Source: Spirochaetia bacterium
GTDB lineage: Bacteria > Patescibacteriota > Microgenomatia > UBA1400 > MFAQ01
Reading direction: 5' to 3'
Assembly: GCA_035477615.1 (NCBI GenBank)
Contig: DATIKJ010000051.1
Location: 1,009 to 65,008 of the forward strand
Length of the DNA: 64,000 bases
In this document: positions 34,518 to 44,480 of the stretch, piece after piece
How positions within the stretch are numbered: the stretch's first letter is position 1
Layout: every line of letters begins with the position of its first letter
Program-made: the position numbers and the translations under genes
The notes under the pieces: generated by a model
What the model was told of the DNA's origin: nothing
Databases searched by the model: none
The model's input: the letters and a program-made list of their open reading frames with translations, nothing else

Positions 34518-36896
34518 ATGTTACCTATGGCTCTTACCAGAAAACAGCTTTTACGCACCATCGAAAAAAGCTTTCGCAAATGCACAAAGAATCGTCGCTC
34601 TCGTATTCTATCTTTGGTTTTTATTCTTGCTGGTATCTCACTTATCTCTCTTTTCTTTCTCTTCAAAGATGTTCCTAGTCCTGCCAAACTAATCAAAACT
34701 CCTGCTCCTATCAGTACTCAGATTCTTGATCGCAATGGCAAAATGCTTTACGAAGTTTACTCCGAGTACAAACGCACCCCCATTGCTCTAGTAGATATTC
34801 CTGACTATGTAAAACAAGGCACTATCGCAATCGAAGATAAAAACTTCTATCTCCATCACGGCATTGATCTCACTGGTATCATTCGTGCCACTTTCAATAC
34901 TATTGTAAAAGGCAAACGTCTTGCAGGTGGATCAACCATTACCCAACAACTAGTCAAAAACTCACTTCTCTCCGACAATCAACGCACCATCACCCGCAAA
35001 ATCAAAGAGGCCATTCTTGCCATAGCAACCGAACTAACCTACTCCAAAGATCAAATCCTCGAGCTGTATCTAAACTACACTCCTTATGGTGGTACAGCTT
35101 ATGGTATCGAGTCAGCTGCCAACACTTATTTTGGCAAAAGTGCCAAGGATCTAAGTTTGGCTGAGTCAGCACTCCTTGCAGGACTTCCCCAGTCCCCCAC
35201 TAGCTACTCTCCTTTCGGTGCTCGTCCAGAACTCGCCATTAATCGTCAAGGAGAAGTACTACGTCGCATGGTTGAAGACAAATATATTTCAGAAGAACAA
35301 GCCGAAACAGCCAAAAACGAAAAACTTGTCTTTGCAAAAAAAAATATTGTCATCAATGCTCCTCATTTCTCTTTAATGGTTCGTGATTCTTTGGTTCAAA
35401 AATACGGAGAGGATAAAGTAAACCTCGGCGGACTAAGAGTCACCACTACTCTCGATCTTGAACTTCAACAATACTTCGAGGCTTCCCTCGCAGCCGAAAT
35501 GAAAAAAATCGCCAAACTAAAAATAAGTAACGGCGCTGCTGTCGTTACCAAGCCAAATACTGGAGAAATAATTTCCCTTATTGGATCAAGAGATTACTTC
35601 AATGATGATATTGATGGTCAAGTAAACATTACCACTTCATTCCGCCAACCAGGAAGTTCCATAAAACCCATTAACTATGCTGTTGGCCTTCTTGAAGGTT
35701 GGCCAGCCAGCACTACTTATCTTGACCTTCCCACCTGTTTTAATGTTGCCGGCCAAAAACAGTACTGTCCCAAAAACTATGACAACACTTTCCGTGGACC
35801 AGTGTCTATGCGCCTTGCCCTCGCCAACTCGCTCAATATTCCCGCTGTCAAACAACTAGCACTCAATGGACTAGACTCATTTATTGCCACCGCTTCAGCT
35901 ATGGGCATCTCCACTTGGACAGACCAAAGTAAATACGGTTTATCACTCACTCTAGGTGGTGGTGAAGTCACCATGCTCGACATGGCCAAAGCTTTTGGTA
36001 CTTTTGCCAACTCAGGTGTTACTGTTCCTCTAATCTCTGTTACAAAAGTCGAAGACTACACTGGAAAAATACTAGAAGAAATTGATACAGAAAAAATCGC
36101 CAATATCGTTTCTGTACTTCCCGAAAACTGGACAGATTTCTGGCAAAAACAAAACGAGCCAAAAGACGATTTATTACCCACAAACCCTCGAGTAACCCTT
36201 CCTCAAGAAGTCGCTTTTATTATTTCGGATATTCTTTCAGACAATGGTGCCCGTAGTGCCGCCTTTGGATCAACTAGCCAGCTTGTTATTCCTGGCCACA
36301 CTGTCTCCGTCAAAACAGGTACAACGAACGACCTAAAAGACAACTGGACCATCGGCTTCACTCCAGACTACTTAGCAGTTACCTGGGTAGGCAACAACGA
36401 CAACACTTCTATGAGCTATGTTGCGTCAGGGGTTACCGGTGCTTCTCCTATCTGGAATACTATTATGAAGAAACTATTAAAAGACATCAAAAATCGCCCA
36501 CTAGTCCAGCCGGAAACTGTTACCAACTTTCAGGTGTGTAATCTTACCGGACTTCTCGCCCAACAAGAAAATCAATGCGAATCACACAATGAGTTCTTTA
36601 TCGAAAACATCCTCCCCCTTGGTCAAACCGCTTACCCATTAAGACAACAAATCTGGGTCCGTCGTTCCGACAAACAGCCAATTCTTCCTGGAGACGAAAC
36701 AGTTGATCGTGATCTTGAAGAACACACTGTTGTCTCTGATCCATTTACTCAAAACTTCTGTCTCGATTGCGTCTATCCCGTAGATGACAAAGGTAAAATC
36801 TCTTGGCCACAAACAGTAGTTGATTACTCCAAGTTCCAATACAAAAATGTTACTCCGAGTAATTATCTAAATCTCGCTCCAACCAATGCTCCGTAA
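34518..36896 (+). CDS. Class A penicillin-binding protein (bifunctional glycosyltransferase/transpeptidase, PBP1A-like)
   Basis: 792 aa; GT51 motifs EDKNFYLHHGID, GGSTITQQLVKN; TP motifs SSIK, SLN, KTGT. Confidence 0.9.
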   Translation: MLPMALTRKQLLRTIEKSFRKCTKNRRSRILSLVFILAGISLISLFFLFKDVPSPAKLIKTPAPISTQILDRNGKMLYEVYSEYKRTPIALVDIPDYVKQGTIAIEDKNFYLHHGIDLTGIIRATFNTIVKGKRLAGGSTITQQLVKNSLLSDNQRTITRKIKEAILAIATELTYSKDQILELYLNYTPYGGTAYGIESAANTYFGKSAKDLSLAESALLAGLPQSPTSYSPFGARPELAINRQGEVLRRMVEDKYISEEQAETAKNEKLVFAKKNIVINAPHFSLMVRDSLVQKYGEDKVNLGGLRVTTTLDLELQQYFEASLAAEMKKIAKLKISNGAAVVTKPNTGEIISLIGSRDYFNDDIDGQVNITTSFRQPGSSIKPINYAVGLLEGWPASTTYLDLPTCFNVAGQKQYCPKNYDNTFRGPVSMRLALANSLNIPAVKQLALNGLDSFIATASAMGISTWTDQSKYGLSLTLGGGEVTMLDMAKAFGTFANSGVTVPLISVTKVEDYTGKILEEIDTEKIANIVSVLPENWTDFWQKQNEPKDDLLPTNPRVTLPQEVAFIISDILSDNGARSAAFGSTSQLVIPGHTVSVKTGTTNDLKDNWTIGFTPDYLAVTWVGNNDNTSMSYVASGVTGASPIWNTIMKKLLKDIKNRPLVQPETVTNFQVCNLTGLLAQQENQCESHNEFFIENILPLGQTAYPLRQQIWVRRSDKQPILPGDETVDRDLEEHTVVSDPFTQNFCLDCVYPVDDKGKISWPQTVVDYSKFQYKNVTPSNYLNLAPTNAP

Positions 36897-38109
36897 AATC
36901 AGTTTTCTTTTTCTATCTCTTGCCCTAATCTTAACTTCAGTCACAACCTACTACATCTGGCGCAGCAATCTCCCTCTAGTCAGTCCGATTGCCCTTATTG
37001 ATAGTCTCATCGGCAACTCTCCAGCAATCAAATCAGACAAGGTTGTTTACGGTTTCTTTCCTTACTGGAATCTAAAGTACTCCGAAAAACTAAATATTAG
37101 TTCCCTTACTCACTTTGCCTATTTTGCAATAGACCTCAATGCTGATGGCACCATCAACAAAAAAATAAACTCAGTAGAAACAGAACCTGGATGGAACAAA
37201 CTCAAATCAAAAGACACCAGCAAACTTCTCTATCAAGCCAAACTTCTTGGCCAAAAGACAGTTATCACTGTAACCGCTATGGAACCAGAAATCATCGAAG
37301 GAATCCTCAACTCTCCAGAAAACAAAGAAAGAACTATTTCTTCAATCATGTCTGTCTACAAAGACTATGACTTCGACGACATCAATATTGATTTCGAATA
37401 CGTCACTGTTGGGAACCAAATACTCAGAGACAGTCTGGTAGATTTTATTTCCAATCTACGGTCAGCATGCATTTCTTACAAGAGTCACTGTCAAATAGAC
37501 ATCGATATATTTGCCAGTGCCGGTGAAAAACCCCGTATCTGGGATTTAAAAAAACTCGAACCTTTTGTCGACAAATTTATTGTCATGGCTTACGACTATC
37601 ACAGAAAATCATCTTCACAAGCTGGGCCGGTTGCTCCTCTCAAAGGAAAATGTCCCACACCATACTCATATTCTGAAAAAAATAAGTGCATCGAAGAGGA
37701 TATCATCACTCACCTCTCACTTCTAAGCAAGCAAATTCCTTCAAATAAAATTATTCTTGGTGTCCCTTTTTATGGATACGAATGGCAAACTGCCACCAAA
37801 GAATATTTATCCAATACCTATTCTGGTACAGGCGCCTTAGCTACATATCAGCGAATTCAAACTCTTTTTCAAGACTCAAAAATTTCTTCACTTTCAGCAG
37901 AATGGTCTAGTTCTACCTTAAGTCCTTACCTCATCTTTCAAAAAGACGACAAAATTTTCCAAATTCATTTTGAAAACGCTCAGTCTCTCGAACAAAAAAT
38001 TAAACTTGTCGAGTCTGCCAATCTCGGTGGAGTTGCTATCTGGGCCTTGGGCTACGAAGGCGATTCCCAAGATTTATGGACTCCCATAAACTCTCTTTTT
38101 CGCCACTAG
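36886..38109 (+). CDS. Glycoside hydrolase family 18 domain protein (membrane-anchored)
   Basis: 407 aa; N-terminal TM; GH18 catalytic DxxDxDxE motif (DFDDINIDFEY). Confidence 0.75.
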   Translation: MLRKISFLFLSLALILTSVTTYYIWRSNLPLVSPIALIDSLIGNSPAIKSDKVVYGFFPYWNLKYSEKLNISSLTHFAYFAIDLNADGTINKKINSVETEPGWNKLKSKDTSKLLYQAKLLGQKTVITVTAMEPEIIEGILNSPENKERTISSIMSVYKDYDFDDINIDFEYVTVGNQILRDSLVDFISNLRSACISYKSHCQIDIDIFASAGEKPRIWDLKKLEPFVDKFIVMAYDYHRKSSSQAGPVAPLKGKCPTPYSYSEKNKCIEEDIITHLSLLSKQIPSNKIILGVPFYGYEWQTATKEYLSNTYSGTGALATYQRIQTLFQDSKISSLSAEWSSSTLSPYLIFQKDDKIFQIHFENAQSLEQKIKLVESANLGGVAIWALGYEGDSQDLWTPINSLFRH

Positions 38110-38161
38110 TCTTTTTATACTCTTGGATCTAAAATATACTTAGTTCGCAAAGTCCTGCCCT

Positions 38162-40576
38162 TTGAACAAATCAGCCTTCGACATGGCTCAAAAAAGACAC
38201 TTTAATCAATCAAAGAATTTTTTATCATACCTTGGTAATCCCATCTTTAAAATTATTCTGTGGTTTGTTTTAGTTTTAGGTTATCTTTTTGTCTTCTTTT
38301 CAAAGCTTTTTTCTCAACCACTTCCTCATATTTCTTTTCCCAAACTCAAAATTCCTCGATTCGCACTTCCATCATTTTCTTTCCCCAAAGTTCATTTTCC
38401 CAAGATCATTTTTCCTCAACTGCCCTCTCTAAAAATTCAACCTGTACATTTTTCCTTACATTCTCCAAAGTTTAATTTTCCTCAAATAAAACTAGACCCT
38501 CACTCTCTTCGCTCACATCTATTCTTTTCTCTTGGAGTGATTATCTTTGCCTGTTTTGTTTATGTAGAATTTTTCTACGGTCTACCCAGCCCAAAAACAC
38601 TCTCAGATTTCCCTTCCAAACTTACAACTCAAATTCTAGACCGAAATGGCAAGCTCCTTTACAAAATATACAAAGATGAAAATCGAACTTTAGTTACCCT
38701 TGATTCCTTGCCAGATTTTGTCAAAAATGCCTTCCTTGCTGCTGAAGACAAAGATTTTTACCATCACAAAGGTTTTTCTATCACCGGTACTTTTCGGGCT
38801 CTCTACAAAAACATCACTAACAACAAAACCGAAGGTGGTTCCACCATTACCCAACAGCTTGTCAAAAATACTCTCTTAACCAACGAAAAAACCTTAACCA
38901 GAAAAATAAAGGAATTAATTCTCGCTGTTGAAGTTGAGTTCACCTTCGATAAAAACAGAATCTTTGAGATGTATCTCAATCAAGTAGGCTTCGGCGGACC
39001 AGCCTATGGCATTCAAGAGGCCTCCAGACAATACTTCAACGTCGACGCCAAAGATCTTAATCTACCTCAAGCTGCTTTTCTTGCCGGCCTTCCTCAAGCA
39101 CCTAGTAAATACTCACCCTTCGGTGATCAACCCGAGTTAGCCAAACAAAGACAAAAACTCGTTCTTACTCAAATGTTAAAACTAAACATGATCAGTGATG
39201 AAGAATATCAAAAAGCTTCCACTGAAGAACTCATCTTCAACTCGGCTAAGATTGAAATCAATGCACCCCACTTTGTCATGTACATCAAAGACATTCTCAC
39301 CAAAGAACTCGGAGAAAGTATTGTCAGCCAAGGAGGTTTGATTGTTACCACTTCTCTTGATCTTGATCTTCAAGAAAAAGTACAAAACATTGTCACCTCT
39401 GAAATTAACAATCTCAAAAGATTCCAAGTCTCCAATGGATCAGCTTTAGTAACTAATCCCCAAACAGGAGAAATCTTAGCTATGGTTGGATCGAAAGACT
39501 ATTTTAATATCAACGAAGATGGTCAGGTCAATCTCACTCTTGCTCTCCGTCAACCAGGAAGTTCCATCAAACCCTTAAACTACGCTCTAGCTTTTGAAAA
39601 CGGCTATGGTCCGGGTAGTGTTATCGAAGATAAACCAATTTCTTTTAACTTGCCAGGACAAGAACCCTGGACTCCCAAAAACTATGATGGCAAATTTCAC
39701 GGATATGTTACTCTACGTCAAGCATTAGGCAGCTCATACAACATTCCCTCTGTTATTCTTCTTTCTAAAAATGGTGTCCAAAACTTCGCCTCTCTTGCCC
39801 AAAATATGGGTATTACCTCCTGGAACAATCCTCAGCGTTTTGGCCTATCCATGGCACTCGGTAGTCTTGAAGTTAAGATGATCGATCTGGCTACTGCCTA
39901 CTCCGCCTTCGCCAATCAAGGAATTTCTACTCCTCTTGTTTCCATCAAAAAAATCCAAAAATCAAACGGTGATAATATTTTTCTCTCCAACTGTCCCCAA
40001 AAAACAGAAGCCATAAACTCCGATACTTCCGTTATTGCCAAAGAAGATAGTTGTTCTCCTCATCAAATTATTTCTCCAACTACGGCTTATCTTATCTCCG
40101 ATATTCTCTCAGACAACAATGCTAGAGCTCCTGCCTTTGGCACAAACTCAATTCTCAACATAAAAAAAGCAAAAGTATCTGTAAAAACAGGTACCAGCAA
40201 CGATTTAAGAGATAACTGGACTATTGGCTACACCAAAGACTATCTTGTCTCTACTTGGGTTGGTAACAACAACAATGCTCCCATGTCTCGCATCGCTTCT
40301 GGAATCACAGGAGCTTCTCCCATCTGGGCAAAAATTGTCAGTACTCTTCTAGAAAACACTTCTCCGACCACTCAAGTATCAAATCCTCCAAGCGATCTCA
40401 TAAAAGTATCCATCTGTTCTCTTACAGGCACACTTCCTTGTGAAGGCTGTCCCACTCGATATGAATATTTCAAAAAAGGTACCGAACCAAAAACAGCTTG
40501 TGATCCAAACAGAATTAAAGAAATTCTCAATCCCACAACCACTCCCTCAACTTCCCCCTCACCTCAAATATTGTAG
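38162..40576 (+). CDS. Class A penicillin-binding protein paralog with repetitive N-terminal extension
   Basis: 804 aa; GGSTITQQLVKN, PGSSIKP, KTGTSND; N-terminal region carries FPK(L/V)x(I/F)P heptad-like repeats. Confidence 0.85.
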   Translation: MNKSAFDMAQKRHFNQSKNFLSYLGNPIFKIILWFVLVLGYLFVFFSKLFSQPLPHISFPKLKIPRFALPSFSFPKVHFPKIIFPQLPSLKIQPVHFSLHSPKFNFPQIKLDPHSLRSHLFFSLGVIIFACFVYVEFFYGLPSPKTLSDFPSKLTTQILDRNGKLLYKIYKDENRTLVTLDSLPDFVKNAFLAAEDKDFYHHKGFSITGTFRALYKNITNNKTEGGSTITQQLVKNTLLTNEKTLTRKIKELILAVEVEFTFDKNRIFEMYLNQVGFGGPAYGIQEASRQYFNVDAKDLNLPQAAFLAGLPQAPSKYSPFGDQPELAKQRQKLVLTQMLKLNMISDEEYQKASTEELIFNSAKIEINAPHFVMYIKDILTKELGESIVSQGGLIVTTSLDLDLQEKVQNIVTSEINNLKRFQVSNGSALVTNPQTGEILAMVGSKDYFNINEDGQVNLTLALRQPGSSIKPLNYALAFENGYGPGSVIEDKPISFNLPGQEPWTPKNYDGKFHGYVTLRQALGSSYNIPSVILLSKNGVQNFASLAQNMGITSWNNPQRFGLSMALGSLEVKMIDLATAYSAFANQGISTPLVSIKKIQKSNGDNIFLSNCPQKTEAINSDTSVIAKEDSCSPHQIISPTTAYLISDILSDNNARAPAFGTNSILNIKKAKVSVKTGTSNDLRDNWTIGYTKDYLVSTWVGNNNNAPMSRIASGITGASPIWAKIVSTLLENTSPTTQVSNPPSDLIKVSICSLTGTLPCEGCPTRYEYFKKGTEPKTACDPNRIKEILNPTTTPSTSPSPQIL
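38320..38500 (+). repeat. Degenerate tandem repeat of about 21-24 nt inside the PBP gene, encoding an FPKxxxP peptide repeat
   Basis: Recurrent ttt(t)cccaaa(c/g)t.(a)a.attcctc units. Confidence 0.5.
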
Positions 40577-40585
40577 AAACAAAAA

Positions 40586-40909
40586 TCACAAAGTAATTTC
40601 TACATAGTTCTTTTTCTCTGGTTTATCCACGTTCTTATTCGTGTTATCCTTGCCTTTCATTTCAATTTCTACCGGTTCACCTCGAAAAATGCTTCCTATT
40701 TTTGGCGCCAGCCAAAATCCCATTGTTACTAGCAAAATAACCAGTAATGTCCAAAAAATTACCTTTCTTTCGGCAACTCTTTCTTCTCTAGACTTACGTT
40801 TTTTCTCCCGCTTTTTCTTAGGAGCTCCTTCACCATCGTTTTCATCATCATCACCGGGAATGTCTAGATCTTCCTCTTCTTTATTTCTTGGCATTTTCTT
40901 TCCAAACAT
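40586..40909 (-). CDS. Small membrane protein with highly charged N-terminus
   Basis: 107 aa; acidic/basic low-complexity N-terminus then single TM. Confidence 0.4.
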   Translation of the reverse strand: MFGKKMPRNKEEEDLDIPGDDDENDGEGAPKKKREKKRKSREERVAERKVIFWTLLVILLVTMGFWLAPKIGSIFRGEPVEIEMKGKDNTNKNVDKPEKKNYVEITL

Positions 40910-41870
40910 CAGTATTTATTAAACTTGCTGGTTGTCTTCCCTCCAAAGCATCGTTCACATTGTCAACTACAATTCTTGCCATTGCCAATCGAGCCTCAAC
41001 TGTAGCCGATGCAGTATGTGGAGTCAGCACAGTATTAGACAGTTCAAAAAACTCGACAGGTATCTTCGACTCATCTTCAAAAACATCCAAACCTGCTCCA
41101 GCAATCCATCTTTCCTTCAAAGCTTTAATTAACATTTTTTCATCAACTACTGCTCCTCGAGCTGTATTCACCAGTAATGCCGTTTTTTTCATTAGTTTAA
41201 GTTCTCTTTCACCTATCAGATGTCTCGTCTCCTCAGTCAGAGGTACCGACAAACTCACTACATCTGCCTGTTCCAATAGCTGATCCAGTGTGTGATAAAC
41301 CACATCATACTCTTCTTCAAACTCTTCATCTCTATGACGATTAAAATAAATCACTTTCATCCCCAATGCTCCAGCCATTCTAGCCGTCCATCTACCAATT
41401 CTTCCCAAACCTACGATTCCCATTACCTTATCTTTTATTCCAGTACCCAAAAGCAAATCCGGTTCCCACCCTTTATATTTTCCAGACCTAATAAATCTAT
41501 CACCTTCTGCAATTCTTCGAAAAAGAGCCAAAGTCAACGCAATTACTTCCTCGGCCACCGACTCTGTTAATACGCCAGGTGTATTGGTTACACAAATTCC
41601 TCTTTTTGTCGCTTCTTTCACATCAACATTGTCATAACCCACTGCATAATTACTTATTATTTTTAGTGATGATCCAGCAGCATCCATCACTTCAGCATCA
41701 ATTTTTTCCGTTAATGTAGAAATTATTCCCGTTACTCCTTTTACTTCTTTGAGTAAATCTTCTTTACCAATATCTTTCTCGGACCACACTACTACCTGAT
41801 ATTTTTCTTTCAGTTCTTTAAGATATTTATCCAAAAAAACATGTGTCACAAATATTTTCTTTTTCTCCAT
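40881..41870 (-). CDS. D-isomer-specific 2-hydroxyacid dehydrogenase (glyoxylate/hydroxypyruvate reductase or PGDH-like)
   Basis: 329 aa; NAD-binding GIVGLGRIGRWTARMAGALGMKVIYF; catalytic R/E/H positions conserved. Confidence 0.85.
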   Translation of the reverse strand: MEKKKIFVTHVFLDKYLKELKEKYQVVVWSEKDIGKEDLLKEVKGVTGIISTLTEKIDAEVMDAAGSSLKIISNYAVGYDNVDVKEATKRGICVTNTPGVLTESVAEEVIALTLALFRRIAEGDRFIRSGKYKGWEPDLLLGTGIKDKVMGIVGLGRIGRWTARMAGALGMKVIYFNRHRDEEFEEEYDVVYHTLDQLLEQADVVSLSVPLTEETRHLIGERELKLMKKTALLVNTARGAVVDEKMLIKALKERWIAGAGLDVFEDESKIPVEFFELSNTVLTPHTASATVEARLAMARIVVDNVNDALEGRQPASLINTDVWKENAKK

Positions 41871-41877
41871 AACTTAA

Positions 41878-42870
41878 TTAAAGCACACCTAATGTTTCTT
41901 CCACCATTTTAAGTCTTCTCTTCAGCCATTTTTCCATATCCTTTTTGTATAGCAACCCTTCCTTCGCTCCCAATTTACTTACTACAGAACCACCATTTGC
42001 CAACCCCATTTTGAGTGCTTCTATATTACTTTTTCCAGATAATAATCCAGCTACCACACCAGAGACAAAAGCATCTCCCGCTCCGGTATCATCAACCGAT
42101 TTGTTAGGATATGCCTCCATCTTAATCCACCGCCCTTTTTCAGTTACTCCCGCTCCATTTTTTCCATCAGTTATCATTACCAATCTACTTCCCGCCTTTA
42201 TAAATCTTTCCACTAATTTTTCCTCCTCTTCAAAACCACCATTCCAAAACTCTGCCGCTTCCATTCTGTTTAGAATCAACAAATCAAATTTTGGTAACAA
42301 CGCCTCCAATCTCTCTTTATTTGTCAGTTCTTTTTTTCCAGGATTTATTCCAATTTTTATACCATTATCTAAAGCAAAAGCCACTAAATCCTCCAATAAA
42401 TCCATTTCTCCTCCCAAGCTCGATATTTGAATCCAGTCTGCTTTCTTTATCTCCTCCCAATTTATTTCGTTTCTTTCAATTTCTCCGCTTTCTCCCCGAT
42501 AAGTTACAATTGACCTACTTCCATCCAAAGCCACCAACACTGCAGAAATACCTGTTTTACCCTTTGTTCTTTGCATAAATGACATGTCTACATCTTCCTT
42601 AGCCAACTGTCTAATCAACACCTCACTTAAATCATCATCTCCTACTCTACTTACCATTTTTACTGCCTCACCTAATCTATGCAAACCCACCGCAACATTT
42701 GTTCCACCACCTCCGCTTATCAAAACACCATCTTCTGCCTCAGTCTTTCCACCCAAAACTTCACACAATGCCACACCACCTTCAATTTGGTGACTCTTCA
42801 TTACCCGTAAAGATTTCGATTTAAGAAGCACATCAACAACAGCTGCTCCAATTACTATCACTTTCTTCAT
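41878..42870 (-). CDS. PfkB-family carbohydrate kinase (ribokinase-like)
   Basis: 330 aa; N-terminal GAAVVDV, C-terminal DTTGAGDAF anion-hole/catalytic Asp motif. Confidence 0.8.
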   Translation of the reverse strand: MKKVIVIGAAVVDVLLKSKSLRVMKSHQIEGGVALCEVLGGKTEAEDGVLISGGGGTNVAVGLHRLGEAVKMVSRVGDDDLSEVLIRQLAKEDVDMSFMQRTKGKTGISAVLVALDGSRSIVTYRGESGEIERNEINWEEIKKADWIQISSLGGEMDLLEDLVAFALDNGIKIGINPGKKELTNKERLEALLPKFDLLILNRMEAAEFWNGGFEEEEKLVERFIKAGSRLVMITDGKNGAGVTEKGRWIKMEAYPNKSVDDTGAGDAFVSGVVAGLLSGKSNIEALKMGLANGGSVVSKLGAKEGLLYKKDMEKWLKRRLKMVEETLGVL

Positions 42871-42921
42871 ACTTTCATTCTAAACTAAAAATTATCCTGC
42901 TTTGTTATAATTCCTCTTGTT

Positions 42922-43743
42922 ATGCAAAGCTCTGCAATAATCACTGTTTTTGGAGTTCTCTTTATTGTCTTAATCCTTGTCTATCGCATTCAAGCCTTAC
43001 ACACAAAAAAAATCTGGAATCTCTCAATTCAACAAATAATTTTTCTTATTCTTATTCCGGGAATAGTATTCCCTATGATTTTTTCTTATCTTCAGTCCAC
43101 TGTTCGCTTACCCAAAAGTGAGTCTTCCATAATCTCAGACGGCTTTCTCGTAAATACAATTCTCCTTTCGATAATGTACTCATACGGTGGCATCGCAATT
43201 CACGCTGTAACAAAAATGTTCTCAAATTATCTAAAAGAGAAGGATAGTGAAATAGCCCAAGTCAATAAATTCTTTCACCTGACATTCTCACATAATCTCG
43301 TATACTCAGGGATGGCCATCTCCTCTTTGGGTATTACCCTTCTCGAACTAAATCACATACCCAACAATCAACCAGCAAGTATCGGTTGGGGTATCTTTCG
43401 AGGACTAGTTTTAGGATTAAGTTTTGCCATCTTCATCTATTACTACACCAGAGCTTCTTCTTCAAATGAATATCGTGGTAGATGGGGAGACCTCAAAATG
43501 CTTTTTGGAGTGATATGGATTAGTTTTTCTTTACTGTTATACATCGTTCAAAAATTTGATATTGGTTTCTCAGAATATCAGCTACTTCTCCCCATGTTCT
43601 TATCATTTGCTCTCCTTGCTGGTCTAAGTTTGATACTGGTTATCAGAAGACTCAAAAATGGCAGTTTCCGAATAGAACTTACGAATAAAATTAAAAGAAT
43701 TTTTTCAAAAAAATCCTCTCGAACACCCCACTCTTACTTATAA
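42922..43743 (+). CDS. Integral membrane protein, unknown
   Basis: 273 aa, 7-8 hydrophobic helices. Confidence 0.45.
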   Translation: MQSSAIITVFGVLFIVLILVYRIQALHTKKIWNLSIQQIIFLILIPGIVFPMIFSYLQSTVRLPKSESSIISDGFLVNTILLSIMYSYGGIAIHAVTKMFSNYLKEKDSEIAQVNKFFHLTFSHNLVYSGMAISSLGITLLELNHIPNNQPASIGWGIFRGLVLGLSFAIFIYYYTRASSSNEYRGRWGDLKMLFGVIWISFSLLLYIVQKFDIGFSEYQLLLPMFLSFALLAGLSLILVIRRLKNGSFRIELTNKIKRIFSKKSSRTPHSYL

Positions 43744-44480
43744 ACAATCTCTGCCAATTTCTTCGACACCTCATCTGGGTTTTCATCTTGCCAAACATTT
43801 CTTCCAATCGCAATTCCAGCAGCACCCGCTTTCATCACTCCAGAAATTTCTTCCTCCAAATTTCCCCAGTCCGTTTTTTGTCCACCTTGTGCCAACACTC
43901 CCGTTTTCCCAGCCGCCCGAACAGCCCAAGAAAAACTCTCAGCATCACCTGTATATGGTACTTTCACAAAATCAGCATTCATCTCCAGGGCCAAACGTGC
44001 TCCATAGGCCACTACATCACGGTCATTTTCCCTCCCAGCTACCTTTCTACCCCTTGGATACATCCAAGCAATCACAATCATTCCCCGTTCATGTGCTTCA
44101 TCTTCAATTCGCGAAAACTCTACCATCATCTGTTCCTCATACTGGCTACCAACATAGATGGTGTATCCCACCCCAATCGCCCCCATCTCCGCCGCTTTCT
44201 TAACTGTACATAGTTGTAATGACAAAGGCTCTTCTCCTTGAAAAGAAGTCTTCCCGTTTAGTTTTACAATCAAAGGGATTCCCGACTCTTTGTCATAATA
44301 CCTTGCCGCTACTCCTTCGTGAAAAACTACCCCTGTAAAGTTTCCATTCTTGGCAATCTTCATAATATATGCCGGATCAACCGACTTCTCATCAAAGTCT
44401 ACCGGACCATGCTCAAAGCCCTGATCATATGCCAGTAGCATTACTTTGCCATTTATTTCGATTCTTGAAGTATCAATCAT
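43734..44480 (-). CDS. Class I aldolase of DhnA/FbaB (archaeal-type FBP aldolase) family
   Basis: 248 aa; LLAYDQG, Schiff-base Lys region (FVKVPY), TIM-barrel class I aldolase pattern. Confidence 0.75.
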   Translation of the reverse strand: MIDTSRIEINGKVMLLAYDQGFEHGPVDFDEKSVDPAYIMKIAKNGNFTGVVFHEGVAARYYDKESGIPLIVKLNGKTSFQGEEPLSLQLCTVKKAAEMGAIGVGYTIYVGSQYEEQMMVEFSRIEDEAHERGMIVIAWMYPRGRKVAGRENDRDVVAYGARLALEMNADFVKVPYTGDAESFSWAVRAAGKTGVLAQGGQKTDWGNLEEEISGVMKAGAAGIAIGRNVWQDENPDEVSKKLAEIVYK

